DNA of 64,000 nucleotides, from contig CAWCVB010000001.1 of the NCBI GenBank assembly GCA_963798915.1, positions 224,001 to 288,000 on the forward strand, written 5' to 3'. The notes under the pieces are model-generated. The model was not told the origin of the DNA and made no database searches. It was given only the letters and a program-made list of their open reading frames with translations. The position numbers and the translations under genes are program-made. Below are positions 21,176 through 29,936 of the stretch, one piece after another. How positions within the stretch are numbered: the first letter of the stretch is position 1; the number at the start of each line of letters is the position of its first letter. The DNA comes from an uncultured Gemmatimonadales bacterium (lineage in GTDB: Bacteria; Gemmatimonadota; Gemmatimonadetes; Gemmatimonadales; GWC2-71-9).

Positions 21176-22735
21176 CTACCGCCTCCACTCCGGCAGCGTC
21201 GCCAGCCAGGCATACGGATCAATGGTCACATTGGTAATGTCGCGCCGGAAGGCCGATGCGCTCATCGTGGTATAGAGAAAGATGGCAGGCGCGTCGGCGT
21301 TGAGCGCGGATAGGGCCTCTCGATAGAGCGGCCCAGCCACGGCGGTGTCGCTGGTGCTGCCGGCCAGGGTCAGCAGCGAGTCCACGCCAGGATTGTCATA
21401 GTGCCCGTAGTTCTCGGACTCGAACCCCGAGCGGCCCCACTGTTCCGCCAGTCCGCGCATGGTCGGCTCATCCAGATAGGCGCCGATATAGCTGTCAAAC
21501 TTTCCCTGCGCCAGTCGCTCCTGAAAAACCGGGAAATCCACCACCGTGATCGTCGCCGCTGCGCCGACTCGCCGCCAGGCTTCCTGCAGGGCTTCAGCGA
21601 TGCGCCGGCGGGTGGGGCTGGTGGACGGAACCAGGATGTCGAACTCGTAAGGGCGCACGGCCGTGCGCTGCGCGCCGAGCGCTGAGCGTGCCGCTGCCGT
21701 ATCGAACCGCACCTGATCGATCCCCGTCTCCCCGATCCACGCCAGAGAAGACGTCGGACCCGCGGGCGCATGCGCGTCGGACCCGAACGCGTTCCGCGCA
21801 ATGGCGTTGCGGTCCACCGCCGCCGCCAGCGCCCGCCGCACCTCCCGGCTGCGCAGCGCCCGGTTCGGCGAGGCAAGATTGAAGGCAAGAAATCCATAGA
21901 CCGCGGAGGGATAGCGCTCCACCCGGAAGGCGGTGTCCGTCTCCACCCGCGCAGTCCGGTCCGGCGTCATCAGCACTTCGAGCAGATCGGCTTCGTGGGC
22001 AAGCACCAGGTTGAGCGCGGCATCGGGATCCTGGGTAAACCGGAAGACGACGGTGCCGATGCTGGACGGCTGGGTGGCTGGACGGCTGGATGGCTGGCCG
22101 GTCGCGGCGAGCGTCAGCGCTTCGCCTCGCCGCCAGGAAATGACTCGGTATGGCCCGCTGCCCACCAGGTGCGCCACCGCGGTGTCCGCCCCCCAGTTCT
22201 CGCGGGGGATCCCGGCCCAGACATGCTCGGGGATGACGCGCACGTGGTAAGTCGCGTCATAGAGTTGCTCAGGTGACGCATGCGGAAAGGTGACCCGTAC
22301 CGTGAGCGAGTCTTCCGCCGTGAGTTCGAGCGGCGCCACGGCCGAGCGGCCGACCGCGTCCACCATGCTGTCGCTGTAGACGTCGAACGAGAAGACGACG
22401 TCGCGCGCGGTGACCGGCATGCCGTCCTGCCAGGCCGCACCGGGACGGAGGTGAAAGCGCCAGCTGAGCGAGTCCACTCGCTCCCATCGCTCGGCGAGTG
22501 CAGGGCGATAGGCCGCGGTGTCGATGCTGGCGCTGCCGGGCGCCAGGTCGGCAAGACGCTCCCAGACCAGGTCACCCACGTCCCGCCCCACTGATTCGTA
22601 GGTGAGAGGCGGCAGCACCGAGGGCGGCTCGCCGACCGCCGCGACAACTACGGTCCCGGTGCCGGGCCGTTCACCTGGGGCGCACGCCGCCAGGCAGAGC
22701 AACAGCAGGGCCGCCGTCCGGGCGCCGCCGTGCAT
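21176..22735 (-). CDS. Peptide ABC transporter substrate-binding lipoprotein (family 5)
   Basis: Lipobox CLAAC, PALAERW, WQDGMPVTARDVVFS, VGSGPY; start reassigned to 22735. Confidence 0.9.
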   Translation of the reverse strand: MHGGARTAALLLLCLAACAPGERPGTGTVVVAAVGEPPSVLPPLTYESVGRDVGDLVWERLADLAPGSASIDTAAYRPALAERWERVDSLSWRFHLRPGAAWQDGMPVTARDVVFSFDVYSDSMVDAVGRSAVAPLELTAEDSLTVRVTFPHASPEQLYDATYHVRVIPEHVWAGIPRENWGADTAVAHLVGSGPYRVISWRRGEALTLAATGQPSSRPATQPSSIGTVVFRFTQDPDAALNLVLAHEADLLEVLMTPDRTARVETDTAFRVERYPSAVYGFLAFNLASPNRALRSREVRRALAAAVDRNAIARNAFGSDAHAPAGPTSSLAWIGETGIDQVRFDTAAARSALGAQRTAVRPYEFDILVPSTSPTRRRIAEALQEAWRRVGAAATITVVDFPVFQERLAQGKFDSYIGAYLDEPTMRGLAEQWGRSGFESENYGHYDNPGVDSLLTLAGSTSDTAVAGPLYREALSALNADAPAIFLYTTMSASAFRRDITNVTIDPYAWLATLPEWRR

Positions 22736-23085
22736 CACCGGGAGTCTGGCACTGGCCGCAGGGCCGCCACGATGCGTTCGGCCCGTTCTGCCAACATGCC
22801 AATCTCCTTGTGGCTGGTGCGAAGCTTCCCCGCGAGGATGTCCACGTGGAGCGCGTCGAGGATCTCGATGGCGCGGCGAAGCCGGAAGCGCTCCAGCGTG
22901 CTGACCGGATCGGGATTGTTGGATGCAGACAGAATGGCCCAGAGACGCAGGCGAAGGTCGTCCACGCCTGACTTGAGGTCCTGCACACCCGACATGGGCA
23001 CCGATTTGGCCTGCATGCGCTGCTCGATGGCCTGCAGCGCAGCACGCATCTTCTGGAGCTCCTGGTTCACGTCTCCTGGAGTCAT
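22735..23085 (-). CDS. Hypothetical helical protein, 116 aa
   Basis: Gene-like composition; TGATG stop/start overlap with the SBP gene. Confidence 0.7.
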   Translation of the reverse strand: MTPGDVNQELQKMRAALQAIEQRMQAKSVPMSGVQDLKSGVDDLRLRLWAILSASNNPDPVSTLERFRLRRAIEILDALHVDILAGKLRTSHKEIGMLAERAERIVAALRPVPDSR

Positions 23086-23149
23086 GCGGCCTTCTGTCTG
23101 TGAGGATGCTCGAAGCTAGTCGAGGTACCTCCATCCTCAAGGGGCGATG

Positions 23150-24751
23150 TCAGGCCGCCTGGCGCTGCATGAAGCCGCAGAACGTGTCGAACACGTCCGG
23201 GCGCCACCAGTTCCGCGTTGCTTCCATGCGGGCGAGTGCCTGAGCGCTGCTCATGGCCGGCCGGTAGCTGCGGGTCGTGGTCAGGGCGTCGTACACGTCC
23301 ACGATGCAGATCACCTGTGCCGCCAGGGGAATCTCGTCGCCCGCCAGCCGGTCAGGATAGCCGCTGCCGTCGTATTTCTCGTGATGCCAGCGGATGATCG
23401 GCTTGATGTCCCATGGAAAATCCACCGTCGCCAGCAGCTCGACACCCCAGTCCGGATGCCTGCGGATCACGTCGAACTCGTCGTCAGTGAGCCGGCCTGG
23501 CTTGTTCAGGATCTCGTGCGGCACCCGGACCTTCCCGAGATCATGGAGATAGGCGCCGAGGCGGAGCGCGGTCAGCGCATCGTCATCCATGCCAAGGGCG
23601 GTGCCAAGTCGCACGCCCAGATCGGCCACCCGCTCGCAATGCCCGAAGGTGTAACTGTCCGCCGATTCGATGGACTGACCCCAGTCGCGCACCACCGCCA
23701 GGTAGGTTCCTTCGAGCCGGGTGACCTTGCCGCTGATGTCCACCAGCTCGCGTCGGGCATCGAGCCGGCGAAAGAGACGGTGGGCCGTGTTCAGCGATCG
23801 CAGAGCCTCCTGGTTGCGCCCGGTCGCCTGGTAGAGCATCGCCAGCTCTCGGGTGGTCTCCGCTTCGCTGAGCACCGACCCGGTGGCAATGGCAAGCTCG
23901 ACGGCGGTGCGCAGCCGTGATTCCGCGAGCTGGATCCGCCCGGTCTCGCGATAGATGCGCCCGATGATCTGGTAGGCATCAGCTTTATCAATCCGCGAGT
24001 CCATCTCATTGAAGATGCCCAGCGCCTGCTCGGCACTGGGCATCGCCATGTCGTATCGCTGGCGCGAGGCGAGCACATCGGCACGGTTCAGCAGGACGAG
24101 TCCACGCAGGTGAACGTTACCAAGCTCCTCCGACAGTTGGAGGCTGCGCACGTAATGGGCGTCGGCCTGCTCGTATTCACCACGGTCGGCGTGCAGCATG
24201 CCGAGATTGTGCTCCAGCTGGGCCCGGCCCGGCTTGTTCCCGGCGGCGTCGTAGGCCGCCAGCGCCCGCTCGTAGTGGGCCAGGGCTCCGTCGTGATCGC
24301 CCTGGATGGTGGCCAGGATGCCCAGGTTCTGCTCCACCTTGCCGCGCACCGCGTCGTGCCTTCCACCCAGGACCAGCGCCCGCTGGAAGCGGCGCCGGGC
24401 CGAATCGATCGAGCCCTGCTCAACGTCAAATCCGGCGAGCGCGTTGAGGGCGTTGGCCGCGCGAAGGTCGTCGTTCAGTTCTGTCGCCAGCCCCAGACTG
24501 CGCTGGGCCAGCTCCTGCGCCCGCACCTTTTCATCACGGTGATGGCAGACCACCGCCAGTTGCCGGAGGGCGTCTGCCGTCAGCGAGGGTTGATGGTCCC
24601 GACTTGCGGCGTCGAGCGCCGCTTCGAGCGCGGCGGCCGCTTCAGCCAGCGCGCCGGAGCGCATGTGTGACTCCACGGTCGCCAACAGCTCGGCCGCCCG
24701 CCCCGGAGGCGCGGGACGAACGACCGAATCCGGCGGGCCGCTGGAGATCAC
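23150..24751 (-). CDS. TPR-repeat HD-GYP phosphodiesterase
   Basis: About 300 aa of TPR-like helices then YTFGHCERV, HDLGK, HHEKYDGSGYP, DVYDALT. Confidence 0.92.
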   Translation of the reverse strand: MISSGPPDSVVRPAPPGRAAELLATVESHMRSGALAEAAAALEAALDAASRDHQPSLTADALRQLAVVCHHRDEKVRAQELAQRSLGLATELNDDLRAANALNALAGFDVEQGSIDSARRRFQRALVLGGRHDAVRGKVEQNLGILATIQGDHDGALAHYERALAAYDAAGNKPGRAQLEHNLGMLHADRGEYEQADAHYVRSLQLSEELGNVHLRGLVLLNRADVLASRQRYDMAMPSAEQALGIFNEMDSRIDKADAYQIIGRIYRETGRIQLAESRLRTAVELAIATGSVLSEAETTRELAMLYQATGRNQEALRSLNTAHRLFRRLDARRELVDISGKVTRLEGTYLAVVRDWGQSIESADSYTFGHCERVADLGVRLGTALGMDDDALTALRLGAYLHDLGKVRVPHEILNKPGRLTDDEFDVIRRHPDWGVELLATVDFPWDIKPIIRWHHEKYDGSGYPDRLAGDEIPLAAQVICIVDVYDALTTTRSYRPAMSSAQALARMEATRNWWRPDVFDTFCGFMQRQAA

Positions 24752-24752
24752 G

Positions 24753-25346
24753 CTACCATGCCACCGCGTAACGGGAAAAGTGATTCAGCGGCGCAGAGAC
24801 GGTCTCGCCTCGCACGCTGTCCTTGGACTTGAGGACTTCGATCACGTCCAGGTTTTCGTCAGTGTAGACGATCTGCTTCGGCGCCTTGGCCTGCTCGCAG
24901 TTGGAATAGCCCATGGTGAGCGTGGCGGGCTTGCCAAACTTGAGTCCTTCCGGCGCGAAGCGCACCGAGTTCACATCACCCGAGACCTGCTCGGCGCTGA
25001 TCTGGACCCAGGACGACAGCGCTCCGCGGGGGATGTCGAGCGTGCTGGCGCCAAAGCGAATGGTGCCGCCGCTCGGTCCGACCCATTGGCTGGCCTTGTC
25101 GTCGGGCAGCGCGCTGCAGTTCAGCAGGGTCAGCAACCCGTCTACCGTGTTCACGGTGGTGGTCAGAGTGTTATCCACCAGCGTGACGGTGCCACCCAGG
25201 AGGTTGCCGACCAGCGACTGATCGGGACCGCCGAGAACGGGAGCCGGCGGCAGCACCGAGTTGCTCTCCGGTGCGAGCGGTCCATCCGTCGCACAGGAGA
25301 TGACGGCCAGTGCTGCCAGCGCGGCCATCGTGGATCGAAGCAGCAT
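24753..25346 (-). CDS. Lipoprotein with ZU5-like fold ending in HFSRYAVAW
   Basis: Lipobox VISC; VGPSGGTI, LDIPRGAL, FAPEGLKFGKPATLTMGY, NHFS. Confidence 0.75.
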   Translation of the reverse strand: MLLRSTMAALAALAVISCATDGPLAPESNSVLPPAPVLGGPDQSLVGNLLGGTVTLVDNTLTTTVNTVDGLLTLLNCSALPDDKASQWVGPSGGTIRFGASTLDIPRGALSSWVQISAEQVSGDVNSVRFAPEGLKFGKPATLTMGYSNCEQAKAPKQIVYTDENLDVIEVLKSKDSVRGETVSAPLNHFSRYAVAW

Positions 25347-25467
25347 GCGAGCGGACACGGTAACTCCTGTGGGACGGGTGAACGGCCGGGCACCGGTACC
25401 GCAGCGCCCCATCGGGCGCCACCGGACGCTCCAGATTGGGAGCCGGGTGCAGAACGGCAGCCGAAGA

Positions 25468-25483
25468 AGCAACCCTCATGCCC
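25468..25483 (-). promoter_or_regulatory. Putative sigma54 -24/-12 promoter
   Basis: GGGCATGAGGGTTGCT (GG-N10-GC with TTGC) on the minus strand. Confidence 0.65.
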
Positions 25484-25760
25484 GGCTTCATTAACCCGTA
25501 TACTTTCTCGACATGCAGCTGATGAAAGACTCTGTATACTATTGTTAGGCAGGATATTACGATGTTGGCAATCAGTGGCAGCTGTATAATTATTGCCATT
25601 ACAAATTGCTGAGCCGCCGCGTCATGGAGGCGCGAATCCCTCAGCCGCCAGACCACAGGCCGCCTGCGCGCGGGCTGGATCCAGCTCAATCGTTCTCATG
25701 GTGATACGATATGATACTACTTGGCATATATTGTTACAGGACGCCGATCAGGTATGCCAA

Positions 25761-25798
25761 TCGTATTTTCGCAAGTTGTTTGGTGCCTGCGACTTAGA
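25761..25798. promoter_or_regulatory. Conserved motif TCGTATTTT(C)GCAAGT-N15-ACTTAGA
   Basis: Second copy at 42333-42369. Confidence 0.55.
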
Positions 25799-25812
25799 GC
25801 AGTCGTCCCAGA

Positions 25813-25828
25813 AGGCCTGACCCTTGCT
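25813..25828 (+). promoter_or_regulatory. Putative sigma54 -24/-12 promoter
   Basis: AGGCCTGACCCTTGCT (GG-N10-GC with TTGC), 40 nt before the ATG. Confidence 0.55.
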
Positions 25829-25867
25829 CATGGAGGGGTAGTGAACCACAACCCCTATGGAGGCCAC

Positions 25868-26653
25868 ATGCCTGGACGACTCGCTCTCTCATACGCTGGT
25901 GCCGTCGGCACCCTCATCCTTACCGCCGCCTGCGGCTCCACGGCGGTGGACGCCAACGGCGCCGGCACCCTCAATCTGCAGACTGCGACCAGCGGCCAGC
26001 CCGCTATCGCCGCCGCAGAACGGACGCTGGACCTCAATGGTGATGTCCTGGTGATTTCCAGCGTCGAATTAGTGGCGCGCGAAATCGAACTGGAGGGCAG
26101 TGAGGGCAGCTGTGAAGCGGCCACCAGTGCCTCGAGCGACGACTGCAACGAAGTGGAAGTCGGCCCGGTGCTGCTGAGCCTTCCGCTCACGCCCGGCGCA
26201 GCGCAGAACTTCAGCACCGTCGTCAGCGCGGGCACGTTCAATGAAGTCAAGTTCAGGATCGACACGCCGGATGACGACAACAGTGCCGACCTGGCGTTCC
26301 GTGCCTCGCATCCGGAGTTTGAGCACGCCAGTATCCGTGTGATCGGGACCTTCAATGATGTTCCGTTCACCTTTACGTCGGACGTCGAGGCCGAGCAGGA
26401 GATCCATCTCCCGACGCCGATCGTCACCGGTGACGCGGCCGTAGACCTGACGATCTTCGTGGACGTGGATGGGTGGTTCATGTCGGCCGATGGCACCACC
26501 CTCATCGACCCGGCATTGGCCCTTCCGGGAGAGCCCATGCAGGCTCTGGTCGAGGGCAATATCAAGGCCTCATTTCAGGCATTCGAGGATCATGACCACG
26601 ACGGCAGCGATGACAGTGGCCACAGCGGCACTGACGACAGCAGCAACAACTGA
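25868..26653 (+). CDS. Acidic beta-rich lipoprotein
   Basis: SD GGAGG; lipobox LTAAC; D/H/S-rich tail. Confidence 0.8.
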   Translation: MPGRLALSYAGAVGTLILTAACGSTAVDANGAGTLNLQTATSGQPAIAAAERTLDLNGDVLVISSVELVAREIELEGSEGSCEAATSASSDDCNEVEVGPVLLSLPLTPGAAQNFSTVVSAGTFNEVKFRIDTPDDDNSADLAFRASHPEFEHASIRVIGTFNDVPFTFTSDVEAEQEIHLPTPIVTGDAAVDLTIFVDVDGWFMSADGTTLIDPALALPGEPMQALVEGNIKASFQAFEDHDHDGSDDSGHSGTDDSSNN

Positions 26654-26689
26654 CGCGTCCGTGCGTGAGGCAGTCTGCCAGGTTGCCGC

Positions 26690-28033
<1,344 letters not shown>

Positions 28034-28059
28034 ACCCCTGGCCTGACGAGGATCATCGC

Positions 28060-28674
28060 ATGCAACGTTCCACCGTTCGAACCGGACTCTGCAGCCTGGC
28101 CATCATGGCACTGCTGGCGGCTTGCGGCGACTCCACCAGCCCCGACACCCGTCCCGACTCCGGGCTCAACATCCTGCGCCTGGCGGCGAGCGCGCCGCCG
28201 CTGGAAGCATCTGAACTCAGCTTCTATGCGGTGCAGGGGCAGGGACGGGAGGGAATCCTCTATTTCGAGGATGAGAACGGCCAGCGCGGCGACGAGTATC
28301 TGCGCCTCAAGTTCGATGGCGAATCGCTGGTCACCGACGCGACCGGCGCGCTGGTCGCCCCGGGTGACTCGGTGCTGATTCACATCACGGTGGTCGACCC
28401 TGCACGGATCCAGTTCCAATTCGAGCCCGCAGGTATTGTCTTCAACCCGGTGCACATGCCGGAGCTCCGGATTCGTTACGACAAGTCGGATCACGACTTC
28501 AACGAGGACGGGTCGGAGGATTCCGAGGACGCCGACATCGAAGGCCGCCTCGCGCTCTGGCGCCAGGAGACCCTGGGCGGCATCTACGTCAAGCTTCCCA
28601 CGCAGCTGACGGTCGACGTCGATGAAGCCGAAGGCCTGGTCCCCGGCTTCAGCCGCTTCGCGATTGCCTACTGA
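28060..28674 (+). CDS. Lipoprotein, ZU5-like paralog ending in GFSRFAIAY
   Basis: Lipobox LLAAC; FEPAGIVFNP...LRIRY. Confidence 0.75.
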   Translation: MQRSTVRTGLCSLAIMALLAACGDSTSPDTRPDSGLNILRLAASAPPLEASELSFYAVQGQGREGILYFEDENGQRGDEYLRLKFDGESLVTDATGALVAPGDSVLIHITVVDPARIQFQFEPAGIVFNPVHMPELRIRYDKSDHDFNEDGSEDSEDADIEGRLALWRQETLGGIYVKLPTQLTVDVDEAEGLVPGFSRFAIAY

Positions 28675-28681
28675 GTGTGTG

Positions 28682-29581
28682 ATGAGTCCTGACACTCGGC
28701 CCGATGACCCTGGGACACTGCTCCGCGACGCGACCCACCACACGCGGCGGGGCGAACTGGGGCCGGGCTGGCACGAGGCGCGTTTGGCCATGGAGCTGTT
28801 CCGCCTTCGCGGTGATCGCGATGGTCGAATGCGCGCCGTCAACCTGATGGGCGCCATCGCCTGGGAACGCGGGGAACTGGATGCGGCCGATGGCTTCTTC
28901 AGCGATGCCCTCGACCTGGCACAGGAATTGGGCGACCACGTGCTGGGCGCACGCGCCTCCAATAATCTCGCGTCGGTCGCGACCCTCCGCGGCCACCCCG
29001 AGCGCGCGCTCAGCCTGTACCGGCGCGCGCTGCTGGGCTACCAGCGGCTGGGCGACCGACGGGGCCTCGCCGAAACCTGGCACAACCTGGGGCTGACCTG
29101 GCGGTGGATGGGCGATCTGGAGCAGGCCGACGGCGCGGCACGGGAAGCGGTGCGTCATGCCGAGCGCGAAGACAACGCTGCGTTGCTGGCCCTGGCGATC
29201 TCAGGCCGCGCCGAGATTGAAATGCAGCGAGGTGAGTTGCGGGTCGCCGAGCTGGCATTGGGACGCGCCCGTCACCTCGCCGCTTCAGCCGGCGACATTC
29301 TGGGCGTTGCGGAGGCGGACCGTATTCACGCGACCCTGCTGTTGCGCCAAGGCGAAGCAGCCCGGGCGCTGGCCGCCGCCGCGGCCGCGCGGCAGGTCGC
29401 CGAACAACATGCCAGCGCCCTGCTTTCGGCTGAGTGCGCCGCCGTCGCGGCCGTCGCAGCCCGGAAGCTGGGCCTTGGCGCCGAGGCCGAATCGCATGCG
29501 GCGGCGGCGCGTAGCGGTTTCGTCAGCCTGCATGCAACCTATCTGCTCAATCAATTCGAGGAAGACTGGGCGCGCGGCTGA
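28682..29581 (+). CDS. Stand-alone TPR protein
   Basis: AVNLMG, ASNNLA, TWHNLG helical repeats; no signal peptide. Confidence 0.85.
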   Translation: MSPDTRPDDPGTLLRDATHHTRRGELGPGWHEARLAMELFRLRGDRDGRMRAVNLMGAIAWERGELDAADGFFSDALDLAQELGDHVLGARASNNLASVATLRGHPERALSLYRRALLGYQRLGDRRGLAETWHNLGLTWRWMGDLEQADGAAREAVRHAEREDNAALLALAISGRAEIEMQRGELRVAELALGRARHLAASAGDILGVAEADRIHATLLLRQGEAARALAAAAAARQVAEQHASALLSAECAAVAAVAARKLGLGAEAESHAAAARSGFVSLHATYLLNQFEEDWARG

Positions 29582-29936
29582 GTCGGCGGTGCCAGACGAT
29601 CCAGTAGATCACCAGGTTGAAGAGCACCACGAAGATCCCCAGCAGCAGCTGGACCCCGCGGGTCAGGTCATGAGGATAGAGTACCGGCAGGATGTAGTGC
29701 TCGACAAACCCGCCCTGGTAGCCGGCCAGGCCGCCCTGATGCCTCAGCCATTTCTCCAGCGGCGTCAGCGGGCAGATCCAGCCGGCAAATTCAATGAGCG
29801 CGCCCCACACCGCCGCCGGAAGGTGAAACCAGCCAGCACGGCGCCAGCGCAGGGCGAGCAAACCTCCGAAGATGACGAACAGCACAAAGCCGAAGTGCAG
29901 CAGCACCACGACGTCGGCCAGGATGCCGTAGGGCAT
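29547..29936 (-). CDS. DUF2784-family membrane protein
   Basis: HFGFVLFV, CPLTPLE, GFVEHY. Confidence 0.88.
   Translation of the reverse strand: MPYGILADVVVLLHFGFVLFVIFGGLLALRWRRAGWFHLPAAVWGALIEFAGWICPLTPLEKWLRHQGGLAGYQGGFVEHYILPVLYPHDLTRGVQLLLGIFVVLFNLVIYWIVWHRRLSRAPSLPRID

Noticed and set aside
20895..21275. Low-complexity ORFs (PSTLDPR, RRDGETA, SSVIS types) across repeat arrays
   Set aside because: Translations of tandem repeats, not genes
25721..25736. TTGGCATATATTGTTA as a sigma54 promoter
   Set aside because: No GC at the required 10-nt spacing from GG
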